Shown here: piece after piece, positions 44,513-54,804 of the stretch
Numbering within the stretch: position 1 is the stretch's first letter
How the letters are laid out: each line of letters starts with the position of its first letter
Assembly: GCA_963847445.1 (NCBI GenBank)
Contig: CAWJZV010000002.1
Span: 64,001-128,000, forward strand
DNA length: 64,000 nt
Origin: an uncultured delta proteobacterium
GTDB lineage: Bacteria > Desulfobacterota > Binatia > UBA9968
Reading direction: 5' to 3'
Program-made: the position numbers and the translations under genes
The notes under the pieces: model-generated
Database searches by the model: none
The model's input: the letters and a program-made list of their open reading frames with translations, nothing else
Told to the model about the DNA's origin: nothing

Positions 44513-45892
44513 TCATTCCAACGGCTTCAACTCGCCGAGCATGGTCGGTATCAATTCCGTAACGGTTGGATGAATATGCATGGCGCGCTGGATCACGGTA
44601 TAGGGCGCTTTGGCATACATCACATCCAGGATCGAATGGATCACCTCATCGCACTCAATGCCGAGGAGCGACGCGCCGAGGATTTCTTTGCTCTCAGCGT
44701 CGATAAGAACTTTCATAAATCCTTGGGTCTCGCCTTTCTCCACAGCGCGGCCAACCCGGGTCATCGGGCGTTTCCCAAGTAAAGCTTTGCGCCCGGTTTT
44801 GCGCACTTCCGCCTCGGTCATTCCGGCTCGCCCCAACGGCGGATCGATGTAGAGCGCGTAGGCGGTGATGCGGTCACTCACCCGGCGCGGGTCGCCGTCC
44901 AGGAGATTGGCGGCGACGATTTCGTAGTCGTTGTATGCCGTATGCGTGAATGCTCCTCGCCCATTGCAATCGCCCAGGGCGTAGAGGCCGGAGACGTTGG
45001 TGCGGAGTTGATCGTCCACCTCGATGTAGCCACGCTGATCGATCGTGACCCCCGCGTTTTTCAGTCCGAGGTCGTCGGTGTTCGGCACCCGGCCCATGGC
45101 GAGAAGTAAATGCGAACCGACGACGGTCTTATCGCCGCCGCTGCAATCGACGTTGACGGCCACCTTGTCGCCGCGCTTTTCCAAGGCGATGCATTGGGCG
45201 CTCAGTCGAAGGTTGATGCCTTCGGCTTCAAGGATTGCGCCGATGGCTTGGGAAACGTCCACATCCTCGCGCTGTATCAAGCGCGGCGCCATTTCGACTA
45301 TCGTCACCTCACTGCCAAAGCGGCGGTACATCTGGGCGAACTCCAAACCGATATAGCTGCCGCCGATGACGATCAGATGCTCGGGCACAAAGTCTACATC
45401 CATCATGGTCGAGTTGGTGAAATAGCTGACCTGATCGTGGCCGGGCAACGCGGGAGTTGCGGCGCGCCCGCCAACGTTGATGAAAATTCTCTCGGCTTCG
45501 ATAATCTCATCGCCGACACGCACCTGATGCGCATCTTCAAAGCGCCCGTGGCCTTGGTAGATCGTCACATTCTCAGTGCCTCTCAACCACTGCTCCAGGC
45601 CTTCATTGGAGCGGCGGACCACCGCATCCTTGCGCGCTTTGACTTTCTTCATGTCGACGGTGATCGAACCATCGATCGTCACGCCAAATTCCTCGCCGCG
45701 GCGCGCGACATGCGCCGCGCGCGCGCTGGCGATCAGCGTCTTGGTTGGAATGCAGCCGTTGTTGACACAGGTGCCACCGAAGCGTTTGCGTTCGATGATC
45801 GCCACTTTCATTCCGGCGCCGGCTAATCGCCCGGCAAGCGATGGACCGGCCTGGCCAGTGCCGATAATGATAGCGTCATATTTAGTTGCCAT
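44513..45892 (-). CDS. FAD-dependent pyridine nucleotide-disulfide oxidoreductase (mercuric reductase/RclA-like)
   Basis: GTGQAG, GGTCVNNGCIPTK, GGSYIGLE and HIHPT; no MerA C-terminal Cys pair. Confidence 0.92.
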   Translation of the reverse strand: MATKYDAIIIGTGQAGPSLAGRLAGAGMKVAIIERKRFGGTCVNNGCIPTKTLIASARAAHVARRGEEFGVTIDGSITVDMKKVKARKDAVVRRSNEGLEQWLRGTENVTIYQGHGRFEDAHQVRVGDEIIEAERIFINVGGRAATPALPGHDQVSYFTNSTMMDVDFVPEHLIVIGGSYIGLEFAQMYRRFGSEVTIVEMAPRLIQREDVDVSQAIGAILEAEGINLRLSAQCIALEKRGDKVAVNVDCSGGDKTVVGSHLLLAMGRVPNTDDLGLKNAGVTIDQRGYIEVDDQLRTNVSGLYALGDCNGRGAFTHTAYNDYEIVAANLLDGDPRRVSDRITAYALYIDPPLGRAGMTEAEVRKTGRKALLGKRPMTRVGRAVEKGETQGFMKVLIDAESKEILGASLLGIECDEVIHSILDVMYAKAPYTVIQRAMHIHPTVTELIPTMLGELKPLE

Positions 45893-46229
45893 TGTATTGG
45901 ACCTCCAAATCGTCGAACCGAGTCAATATCTCTACGATATGCTTAGCAGCTGCTGAAAAAAAAGTTCGGAATGCTTCGACGGCCTCGGCCTGAACGGAAA
46001 GTCTTCAATGAGATCGATGCCTCTCCGTTCGTCCACTCTGCCTGTCGCCGTGATGGCATCCAGCTTGGCCTGGTCGGTGTGGTTATTTTGCATCGTGAAA
46101 AATAATTCCCAAAGTGTATCGCTCGCCGGAACGCACGGTGCTGACGCCGTGACGAAGGTTGGCCCGGTAGTAGCCGCGCGCGCCAATGGTCGATGGCATT
46201 GTCATCGGAAATTTCTCGCAGCAATTTAT

Positions 46230-46727
46230 TTATACAACAGTGGAACGGGTTTCGAGAGCCAGAAGCGCGGCTTTCGTGGCGATCCCGCCGGCAAAGCCGG
46301 TAAGCGATCCGTCCGCGCCGACGACCCGGTGACAGGGCACGATGATCGACAAAGGATTCTTGCTGTTGGCGGCGCCGACGGCGCGAGCGGCTTTGGCAGA
46401 ACCGATCGCCTTGGCCAGATCGAGATAGCTCCTGGTTTGACCGAACGGTATCTCTCTCAAGGCGCGCCAGACCTTCTTCTGAAACTCGCTGCCGCCGGGC
46501 TGAAGCGGAAGATCGAAGCAGGTTCTTGCGCCGGAGAAATATTCCCTAAGCTGGCGCTCTGCCTCCAACAAGATGGGCTGCTGCGGCGCCAACGTTGCGA
46601 TATCAAGCTTTACTCGGTTTGGCTGCTCGCGTTCCCAGAGAACCGCCACCAAAGCGTTGGAGTTTGCGACCAGTTTGAGCTTGCCGACGGGGGATTCGAA
46701 CTCTTTGTAAAGTAGCGTCATGGTCAT
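46230..46727 (-). CDS. ogt: Methylated-DNA--protein-cysteine methyltransferase
   Basis: SPVGKL, FQKKVW, IPFGQTRSY, RAVGAAN and PCHRV. Confidence 0.92.
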   Translation of the reverse strand: MTMTLLYKEFESPVGKLKLVANSNALVAVLWEREQPNRVKLDIATLAPQQPILLEAERQLREYFSGARTCFDLPLQPGGSEFQKKVWRALREIPFGQTRSYLDLAKAIGSAKAARAVGAANSKNPLSIIVPCHRVVGADGSLTGFAGGIATKAALLALETRSTVV

Positions 46728-47656
46728 TCTCCTTTTTGCTTTTCGACAGGCTTCGAGCGAATTCCTGCCACAGATACGTCGCCGCGTAGGCTCGCCAGGG
46801 TTTGATCAGTGCCAAATCCAGCTCAGGATGAAGCAAAAGCGCGCGCTTAAGAATCAAATCCGTCTTGGGAAACGCGTCCGTGTCACCGATGGCCCGCAGG
46901 CTGATATATTCAGCCGACCAGGGGCCGAGACCTTTGGTGTCGAGCAGCGCCTTGCGGAACGCTGCGCGATCTTGAGTTTCGCCAAGAGAAATAGCGCCGC
47001 TCAGCACGCGCCGGCTGAAGTCGCGTATCGCCTCCCGGCGCGCGATCGTGGTTCTCACCGCGCTCAGATCGGCGTTCGCCAAGACTGCGGCTTCGGGAAA
47101 CAAGCGGATATTTTCTCCCGACGAAGGATGCGCGATCGCCGCTCCATAATTGAGCACGAGTTGGCCGATCAGATTCGCCCTTTGCTGTGCTGAAACCAAT
47201 TGCCCCAGGATCGAGCAGATCGCCGTTTCGAACGGATCCCACCCTCGCGGCAGTCGCAAACCCGGAGAGCGCTGGCAAAGCGCTGCGAGCAGAGGAATTC
47301 GCCTAAAGCTTTTCCTCAATCACCATGGGATCACAGTCCAAATCGAACATTTTTCTTACTCTCTCGACGACATCTGCTCTTATCTCGGGCTGGTCGGGTG
47401 CAATGCGAACTTTGAGCTGCGCCACGCCGACCACTGATTCTATGCGAACAATTCCGGTTCGGCCTGCTATGTGAAACACTCGCTCGAAGGAGTTTGCCGT
47501 GACCCGTTCCAGCCCTGGAATCAGATGCGATTGGTAAAATCGCATGATCGCCTGCCAATCGTAGGGTGATTTAAACGGCAGATCGATCTCGATGTCGTCC
47601 GTGTCACCAGCCTTGGAGCGCTTCGCCCGTCCTGTCCGTTGGAGTCTCAAGGTCAA
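46603..47656 (-). CDS. alkA: DNA-3-methyladenine glycosylase II (AlkA N-terminal plus HhH-GPD); frameshift near 47310, true 3' end probably near 46725
   Basis: LPFKSPYDW, MFDLD.DP, PGLRLP..WDPFE, ILGQ, GLGPWSAEY, DAFP and PWRAYA. Confidence 0.85.
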
Positions 47657-47659
47657 TCT

Positions 47660-48469
47660 CTAATCCGGCTGACAGATTTTGCACGCGCGCATGCCGGCTC
47701 GTTTCGCCTCTCTAGCATCGGCGAAATACAAGATGCGCGCTCGGTCGACGCGCGCGGCGGTCCGGCAATTGACCCGGCAGTAGATTTTGCTTCCTTGGTG
47801 GCCCCAGACGACGTTGTCGGGAAGGCGCACAGCCGCCTGCGCCAGCGCAAAACCCTCGCTGCGCAGTAGTTGCAACTTACGCGGGATGCCCCCGCCATAG
47901 CCGCCGATCCCGCCGTCCGAGGCGATCACGCGGTGGCATGGAACATAGATCGGCACCGGATTATTGTGCATTGCATTACCGACCGCTCTCGCTCCCTTGG
48001 GCGCCCCGGCGGCGGCGCCCAAAGCCTGGTAGCTGACCACAGCGCCGCGCGGGACTTCCTGGAGCTTATGCAAAATATTCTTTTGGAACGTAGTGGCCAC
48101 CAGTGTCAAGTCGACTTTTTGGCGCAGCGCTTTTGCCTCTCCGGCGAGATAACGACGAATCTCTTCGCCGACCTCGCTAATCGTCCGTCGATCGTCGACG
48201 AGATCGAGTTCGCATCGAAGTTTTGCCATCGTAACCGCCAGGTCGTCACCGTCGAGCAAGTAATGATTGAGCGCGATGCCTCGGCCAGTCATGGCCACGA
48301 GCAGATCACCCAACGGTGATTTCACGATGCCCACCGCCGCGTCCGGGCGCCGAATCTGTTTCAGCGCATGATCGACCCGGCTGCGGGATTGACGCAACAA
48401 TGCATCGATTCCATGTTCTTCTTGGTTTCTGCCGATTGACCCGATGAGCTTTTCGATTTTCATAAACAT
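47660..48469 (-). CDS. Methylated-DNA--protein-cysteine methyltransferase with N-terminal extension and C-terminal Ada zinc-binding domain
   Basis: PCHRV active site; C-terminal IYCRVNC...GMRACKICQP matches the Ada four-Cys motif. Confidence 0.88.
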   Translation of the reverse strand: MFMKIEKLIGSIGRNQEEHGIDALLRQSRSRVDHALKQIRRPDAAVGIVKSPLGDLLVAMTGRGIALNHYLLDGDDLAVTMAKLRCELDLVDDRRTISEVGEEIRRYLAGEAKALRQKVDLTLVATTFQKNILHKLQEVPRGAVVSYQALGAAAGAPKGARAVGNAMHNNPVPIYVPCHRVIASDGGIGGYGGGIPRKLQLLRSEGFALAQAAVRLPDNVVWGHQGSKIYCRVNCRTAARVDRARILYFADAREAKRAGMRACKICQPD

Positions 48470-48990
48470 CACCACATCGACTTGATTTTTCTGATCGCCT
48501 GGGAAACATTCGCGCGCGCGCCCTGGGCCGAGCAGTCCATCGCGGCAGCTATCTCCGCGTAGTCCAGACCGGCGAAGCAGCGCAGCTGCAGCGCTTCGCG
48601 TTGTTTCGGCGGCAGTGAGCCAATCAGCTCGCGCATGCGCACAACCGCGTAACCGTCGTTTTCACTAAACCCACGATGATGAGCTTTGCCGAGCCGATCC
48701 GGCTGCGGATTTTTCTTTTCGACAACAACGATCACCCGCGCTCGGCGCGCACGGTCACGCGCCCGATTACGACACAGGTTGATAGCGATGGCGTATAGCC
48801 ACGGCCTGACGTCGCTCTCCGGCTCAAGCCGCGGATAGGCGCGATAGGCGCGCAGCCAGGTTTCCTGAAACAAGTCCGCGGCGTCGGCGCCGTTGCCCGA
48901 CAAGCGCAGCAGATAGCGCAGGATCTCCCGTTGGTGGCGTTGCATGATCTGCTCGAAGGGAAGCGGTATTGGTAATTTCTCGCGCGCCAT
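48469..48990 (-). CDS. ECF-type RNA polymerase sigma factor
   Basis: DAADLFQETWLRA, WLYAIAIN and LPPKQREAL.L..F.GLDY.EIA; stop overlaps the next ATG (TGATG). Confidence 0.92.
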   Translation of the reverse strand: MAREKLPIPLPFEQIMQRHQREILRYLLRLSGNGADAADLFQETWLRAYRAYPRLEPESDVRPWLYAIAINLCRNRARDRARRARVIVVVEKKNPQPDRLGKAHHRGFSENDGYAVVRMRELIGSLPPKQREALQLRCFAGLDYAEIAAAMDCSAQGARANVSQAIRKIKSMW

Positions 48991-49043
48991 ATGTCTCTTT
49001 AAACCCCGCAAACGGGCAAATGTGAAAAATCTCCGTCCAAATA

Positions 49044-49161
49044 ATCAACCGGGCATTTCGCGATCGGGGTATGAACCCCGCTCGCGACCAAAGGGGATGT
49101 TCAACCCCCTTTGGAAACCCCAGCAATTTTGTGCCCGCAGCAAGCTGCGGGGAATATTGGA
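49044..49161 (-). mobile_element. Non-autonomous three-hairpin element (118 bp)
   Basis: Copy with the most complete hairpin pairing. Confidence 0.8.
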
Positions 49162-49182
49162 TTGAAAGTTGAACCGTCCGCA

Positions 49183-49881
49183 TCAGTTTAGATCGAACAG
49201 GATAATCTCAGCGTCTTCGACGGCCGTGAATTCCAATAGCTCTTCCTGACTGACGGCGGCGCCGTCGCCCGCCCGCAAAAGCGTGCCGTTGAGCGTGCCG
49301 GCGCCCCGCGCGATATGCGTCCAGGCGCGGCGGCTCGGCTTTAGGCGAAAACTTGCCTGCGCGCCGGAGGCAAAGCGCGCCGCCCAGATCTCGACATTCT
49401 GATGCACTGTGACCGATTCATCGCGTCCTGCTTCCGAACCGATGAGAATCCACTTGTTGCGCTGCTCAGCGAGCGGGAATGGCCGTTGCTCGTAAGCCGG
49501 CGCCAGCCCCGTCTTGTTTGGCATGATCCAGATTTGCAGGAAGTGCACCGGCTCGGTTGGCGACGCGTTGTATTCGCTGTGACTGATGCCGGTTCCCGCG
49601 CTCATCCGTTGGACATCGCCGACGTGAATGACCGAGCTCGTCCCCGTGCTGTCTTTATGCGCCAGCGCTCCTTCGAGCACGTAGGTGACGATATCCATGT
49701 CGCGGTGCGAGTGGGTCGGAAACCCGGCGCCGGCAGCGACGCGGTCCTCATTGATCACTCTGAGATCGCTGAAGCTCATGTGTTGCGGGTCGTGATAGTC
49801 ACCGAACGAGAAGGTGTGACGGCTGTCGAGCCAGTTCAGTTTAGTTCGTCCCCGATCATTACTGCGGCGCAGTTGGATCAT
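49183..49881 (-). CDS. Pirin family protein (YhhW-like)
   Basis: WLDSRHTFSF, LRVINED, GFPTHSHRDM, MSAGTGISHSE and FLQIW. Confidence 0.95.
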   Translation of the reverse strand: MIQLRRSNDRGRTKLNWLDSRHTFSFGDYHDPQHMSFSDLRVINEDRVAAGAGFPTHSHRDMDIVTYVLEGALAHKDSTGTSSVIHVGDVQRMSAGTGISHSEYNASPTEPVHFLQIWIMPNKTGLAPAYEQRPFPLAEQRNKWILIGSEAGRDESVTVHQNVEIWAARFASGAQASFRLKPSRRAWTHIARGAGTLNGTLLRAGDGAAVSQEELLEFTAVEDAEIILFDLN

Positions 49882-49990
49882 GTGAGCCTCCCGATGGAAT
49901 GATTTCGTTTATGTTCTTGTCAGGCAGCAGCGCCGCTCAGGACAATGCAAGTGAATAAGTTGCTACGCATAATATCCACCGGTGCTCGAG

Positions 49991-50510
49991 TTAGTGAAGC
50001 CATGAATGACAAAGCTGCACTAACGCCGGCATGACGATCCAAGTAAGACAGAGAACAATTGCCGCGGCGACGAGGGCAGAGCTCACGGGGTACGGAAGAC
50101 CGGAGAGATACGGTACGAGTACAACCGCGATAAGCGCACTGGTCGGCCAGACACCGACCCAGGTCAAAAGCGCCATCTTCCATCGCGGCGGCGAATCCGT
50201 GGTGTGAAACCAAGCCTCGAGACCATGCAGTTCTCGATAAGTCCGTTCTCCTTCGGTCAATGTGGCTACCTGCTTCTGCCATTGTCCGAACCGGTCCGAG
50301 CTATAGAACTCGTCTCGCTCATGCTCGTTGGTGAAAGTTCGCAGAACACCGTACTCGCGAGTGTTCGAGCCCTGCGGGCGGAGATATGAGATGCACCCCC
50401 AAGACTCCGTCACGGGCGAGCGAATCCTTGAACAATTCTCGCAGACTTTCCTCGAAGGCGCGCTCGCAACCGGGTTTTACTTTACGGGTGATCGCCACAT
50501 GGATTGGCAT
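49991..50510 (-). CDS. Antibiotic biosynthesis monooxygenase-like membrane protein; frameshifted
   Basis: HVAITRKVKPG.E..FE, GLEAWF and PPRWKMALLTW. Confidence 0.75.
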
Positions 50511-50547
50511 AGTCGTCCTCGTATATGACCGTTGTGTTTCAATCGCG

Positions 50548-50823
50548 TCAGACAAAGCATCCACAGCCGAACCACCAGGGGCTCGCCATGGCGCGGCGCG
50601 TGCCACAACTTCCCTCGGCGGCAAGTTTGGCCGAGGCGATCATATGACTCGTTCGCGCCGCTGCCGTGGTTGGAGAACCCGATCGCCAATGGCCGCCGTA
50701 ATTCTTAACCGGAGACCAGTCCGGCGACACGGGCAACGGCGGCGGCGCGAGCCGGTCGAACGGCGCCGCCGCGTACACGACTTTGCCGCCGACCATCGTC
50801 AACAAAACCGCAGCATGCCGCAT
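50548..50823 (-). pseudogene. 3' remnant of an amidohydrolase_3 (NfdA/YtcJ-like) gene
   Basis: LTMVGGKVVYA, PLPVSPDWSPV and terminal GCGCFV; N-terminal bulk missing. Confidence 0.6.
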
Positions 50824-50875
50824 TGGAGATTATTAATGTTGCTTGCCCGGCGCGACCCTTGCCTCAACGCTTCCG

Positions 50876-51901
50876 TTAGTGATCCATTGTCAGCACGGCG
50901 CGAAAACGCGCCTTGCCGCTCATCATGTGTTCGTAGGCTTCGGCGGCACGCTCCAGCGGAAAGATTTCATTCATCGCCCGCACGCCGGTGAGCACGCTGA
51001 AGGCGAGCGTATCCTGCGAATCGATGGAGCTGCCGGAGGGCCAGCCGATGATCGAGCGTCTTCCCAGCAGCAGCGGAATCGCCGGCACTTGCAGCGGCTC
51101 GGCGGCGGCACCGAGGATTATCAGTTTCCCGTTGACGCCGAGACCGCCCAACGACCGCGCTCATCGCTTCGCCGCTCGTCACGGTCGCGAGGATGACCTT
51201 CGCGCCGCCGAGCTTCAGCAACTCCGCGGCCGGATCTTGGGCTTGACTATCGATGTAGATGAGCCGCACCGAGCTTCCGCGCCAGCGGTTCCTTGTCCAT
51301 CCCTCGCGCGATGGCAACGGTTCTAAAACCCATCTTCGCGGCGAACTGAATCCCCAAATGGCCAAGGCCGCCGATTCCAAGTATGGCGACGAGATCGCCG
51401 GGCCGCGCGCCGCTGTTGCGCAGCGAGTTGAAAGTGGTGACGCCCGCGCACATCAGCGGCGCGGCCTCGACGGCTGAAAGTTCGTCCGGAATCAGCGCCA
51501 ACGCACCGGCCGGAGCGATCATGTATTCGGCGTAGCCGCCGTCGTAGGCGATGCCGGGCACTTGGAAGGCGATTTGGCAGGTAACAAAATCACCGCGCCG
51601 GCAGGAATCGCAGTAACCGCAGTTGCCACCGTGCCAACCGACTCCGACCCGTTGGCCCACTGTCCAGCCAACGACGCCTGTCCCCAGCGCATCGACAATT
51701 CCGGCGATCTCATGTCCAGGCACCCGCGGGTATTGAATACCCGGCCAGGCTGCCTTCCTTGGTAAAAGAATCGCTGTGGCAAACGCCGCAAGCTTCAACC
51801 TTGACGCGCACCGAACCGGCGCCGGGTTCCGGGATTTCGCGTTCAACAATTTCAAAGGGTCCATTCGGACGAGTGACTTGCGCTACACGCATCTTTGCCA
51901 T
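50876..51901 (-). CDS. Zinc-dependent alcohol dehydrogenase; multiple frameshifts
   Basis: ACGVCHSD, PGHE, C..C..C..G...C, APLMCAG, GIGGLGH and FRAVL. Confidence 0.85.
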
Positions 51902-51926
51902 AATTCCTCCTCGATTTATGCCAACC

Positions 51927-52985
51927 TCAAGCGATCGGGACCTTCGGCGGTTCCAACTGCTCGGGCTGGTTTCCTGAAATTGCGGCTCGAGAACCCTGGG
52001 TCTGCTCGTGCGGTGTGCCGAGCGCAACCTGACTGGTCTCATTGAGTCGCGCGAGCTGATTTTCCGCGAGTTGTAGGTTAAGGGCGCTTAGCGTCCCCGC
52101 GAGTTGTTCGGGCGTGCGCGGACCGAGGATTGGAATCAGCGCCGTCGTCGATTCTCGCGCCTTGTGCAGCAGCCAGGCGATGGCGACCTCCGTCGGCGAC
52201 GCTCCACCATCCTTCGCCACCGCCATCACCGCATCGAGGATCGCGCTCTCGCGCGCCGTCTTCTCGGTGTGGACCAATCTGGCAAGCACCGAGTTGATGC
52301 GCCCCGCGTCGCTCTGGCGATATTTGCCGGTGAGAAATCCGCCGCCGAGGGGCGACCATAGCGCGACTCCCAAGCCGAGCGCTTCGGCCATCGGCAATAG
52401 CTCGCGATCCGCCGTGCGCTCGGCAAGGCTATACTCGATCTGAATGCCGGCGAGCGGCGACCAGCCGCGCAATTCCGCCAAGAGATCGCCGCGGGCAACA
52501 CGCCAGGCGGGAAAGTTGGACAGACCGGCGTAGAGAATCTTGCCGGCGCGCACCAGGTCGTCGAAGCCGCGCAAGATTTCTTCCATCGGCGTCGTGCCGT
52601 CGGCGAAGTGCGCCCAGTAAAGATCGATGCGATCGGTCTTGAGCCGTTTAAGGCTGCCCTCGACGGAACGCACCATGTTCTTGCGGCTGTTGCCGGTGCG
52701 TGAAATGCCCTCACTGGCGGTGGTTCCCAAGGTATATTTCGTGGCGACGACGAAATAATCGCGATCCGACGCGATAAAATCACCGACCAACTCCTCGGAC
52801 TCGCCGAACTGGTAGCTATCGGCGGTGTCGATAAAGTTGCCGCCGGCTTCGACGTAGCCATCGAAGACTTTTTTCGCTTCCGCGCGCTCGGCGCCATGGC
52901 CCCAGCGGGTGCCGAAGTTGCCGGCGCCCAAGGCAAGCTCGGATACGCGCAAGCCGGTTCGGCGTCCAAAGATTTTGTATCGCAT
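51927..52985 (-). CDS. Aldo/keto reductase
   Basis: GLRVSELALG, NFIDTAD.Y, ATKY, SLKRLKTDRIDLY and WSPLGGG. Confidence 0.95.
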   Translation of the reverse strand: MRYKIFGRRTGLRVSELALGAGNFGTRWGHGAERAEAKKVFDGYVEAGGNFIDTADSYQFGESEELVGDFIASDRDYFVVATKYTLGTTASEGISRTGNSRKNMVRSVEGSLKRLKTDRIDLYWAHFADGTTPMEEILRGFDDLVRAGKILYAGLSNFPAWRVARGDLLAELRGWSPLAGIQIEYSLAERTADRELLPMAEALGLGVALWSPLGGGFLTGKYRQSDAGRINSVLARLVHTEKTARESAILDAVMAVAKDGGASPTEVAIAWLLHKARESTTALIPILGPRTPEQLAGTLSALNLQLAENQLARLNETSQVALGTPHEQTQGSRAAISGNQPEQLEPPKVPIA

Positions 52986-53093
52986 TGCACTACTCCTCAA
53001 TTTCAATCAAGCGTATCGCTGAAATCTTTTCGGCCAGTTGAACCAATTGATCTTGATCGACGGCTAGGATCCCTTCGCCAGCTAACTCCCGCA

Positions 53094-53250
53094 TCATGCG
53101 GCAAACCCGTCGTCGATTTTTAGACTGGCGCCGGTGACGAAAGCCGCTTCCGGACTCGCGATATAGGCAACCATGGCAGCGACTTCGTCCCCCTGGCCGT
53201 AGCGCCCCAGCGCGATCAAAATCATTGAACTGCTCCTCGTTGATTTGCAA
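53094..53250 (-). pseudogene. 3' remnant of an SDR oxidoreductase
   Basis: ALGRYGQ.DEVAAMVAYIASPEAAFVTGASLKID; 5' part missing. Confidence 0.6.
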
Positions 53251-53456
53251 CTATGCTGCCCGGACAATTTCAACTGTCGCTTGTGATTGATGAAGGCGAT
53301 TAATCTCACGCGCTCTGCGCATTGGACACCTGCGCAAAGTCCGTGGACTGCGCTAGCTTTCGCCACGCGGCGAACTCGCTCGCTACTTCGGCAAGTTTCG
53401 CCTCAACTCTACCTGGCAACCTGCCATTAACGATCATATTCGCCTGAGCGACCCAG

Positions 53457-54290
53457 CTACGCCTTGATGAACGCCAGCAAATCCTCGTTGATCTGATCCT
53501 TATGCGTCGTGCACATGCCATGCGGCAGGCCGGGATAAACTTTCAACGTGGAACCCTTGACGAGTTTGGCCGACAGCATCGCCGAAGCACCGATGGGCAC
53601 GATCTGGTCGTCGTCGCCGTGCATGATCAGGGTCGGCACGTCGATTTTTTTGAGATCTTCGGTGAGATCGGTTTCGGAGAAAGCCTTGATGCAAAAGTAG
53701 GCCGCCGGAAATCCGGCCATCATCCCCTGCAACCAGAACGAGTTTCGAACCCCTTCGGAAACCTTCGCTGCCGGCCGGTTGTAGCCGTAGAATGGCAACG
53801 TCAGCTCTTTGAAGAATTGCGAGCGGTCGGCGACGACGCCGGCGCGGATGCCATCGAAGACTTCCATAGGTAAGCCGCCGGGATTGGCCGCCGTCTTGAG
53901 CATCAGCGGCGGCACCGCGCCGATCAACACGGCTTTGGCCACGCGCTTGGTGCCGTGCCGGCCGATATAGCGGGTGACTTCACCGCCGCCGGTCGAGTGG
54001 CCGACGTGGATCGCGTTCTTCAAGTCGAGCGCTTCGACCAGCTTCGCCAGGTCGTCGGCGTAGGTGTCCATGTCGTTGCCGCTCCACGGCTGGCTCGATC
54101 GGCCGTGGCCGCGCCGGTCATGGGCGATGCAGCGAAAACCGCGCGATGCCAGATAGAACATCTGGTCTTCCCACGCATCCGCGCTCAGCGGCCAGCCGTG
54201 ACTGAAGACGACGGGCTGGCCGCTGCCCCAGTCGTTATAGTAGAGTTCGATGTCTTTAGAATGTTCTTTGCCGATGGTGATGTAGGGCAT
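53457..54290 (-). CDS. Alpha/beta hydrolase (non-heme chloroperoxidase family)
   Basis: [34 protein letters not shown] and PHG. Confidence 0.93.
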   Translation of the reverse strand: MPYITIGKEHSKDIELYYNDWGSGQPVVFSHGWPLSADAWEDQMFYLASRGFRCIAHDRRGHGRSSQPWSGNDMDTYADDLAKLVEALDLKNAIHVGHSTGGGEVTRYIGRHGTKRVAKAVLIGAVPPLMLKTAANPGGLPMEVFDGIRAGVVADRSQFFKELTLPFYGYNRPAAKVSEGVRNSFWLQGMMAGFPAAYFCIKAFSETDLTEDLKKIDVPTLIMHGDDDQIVPIGASAMLSAKLVKGSTLKVYPGLPHGMCTTHKDQINEDLLAFIKA

Positions 54291-54346
54291 TAGCAATTCT
54301 CCTCTATATGATTAAATTAATGTCGATTTTAATAGCCAATCATTGT

Positions 54347-54604
54347 TTATTGGTGCTCCCGCATCATCCATTCCCGTATGTAGGGCGAGCAGTGCAGCAG
54401 TTCGACGTTGTGCTCTTCGCAGCCATTGAGAAACCGAACGACCTCGACGTCCACCAGCGTCACGCCGTCGAGGTCCAATCCAATGCCGTCCCAATCACCT
54501 GCCAATTGTGCTTTGAGTTCATCCAGATGCTCTGCTTGCAGCCGACCGCTCAGGTGGATGATCGTCTTTGGCCCGGCGGAAACTTTTTCAATTTTCAATG
54601 TCAT
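54347..54604 (-). CDS. Small STAS-like protein
   Basis: LSGRL....L..L...., LDL..VTLVD..VVRFL and YIREW. Confidence 0.7.
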   Translation of the reverse strand: MTLKIEKVSAGPKTIIHLSGRLQAEHLDELKAQLAGDWDGIGLDLDGVTLVDVEVVRFLNGCEEHNVELLHCSPYIREWMMREHQ

Positions 54605-54637
54605 TGCGATTTCTGTGACGGTAGCGACAAAACAGAA

Positions 54638-54734
54638 ATGCAATGAAGAGACCGCATGTAAGCTTCTGAAATATTTAGACTCAGAGATGAAGAGACTGCC
54701 GAACTTTCAGCATTTGCCGAATAATCGGCAAATG
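54638..54734 (-). promoter_or_regulatory. Putative sigma54 promoter with upstream activator palindrome
   Basis: CGGTCTCTTCATTGCA (GG-N10-GC) at 54654-54639; perfect inverted repeat CATTTGCCGA-ATAA-TCGGCAAATG at 54711-54734. Confidence 0.55.
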
Positions 54735-54804
54735 ATCAGGTCTGTCGACGCAGCGCTAAGGCACCAGAGCATTTAAGCGATCGGCGTCGAGCCGCCCTTT
54801 GTGG

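Noticed and set aside
44513-45892. Mercuric reductase merA
   Set aside because: Lacks the C-terminal Cys-Cys pair and the NmerA domain, and no mer operon genes are present.
45932-46224. Short ORFs between the oxidoreductase and ogt
   Set aside because: No recognisable family or convincing start; possibly a remnant but unsupported.
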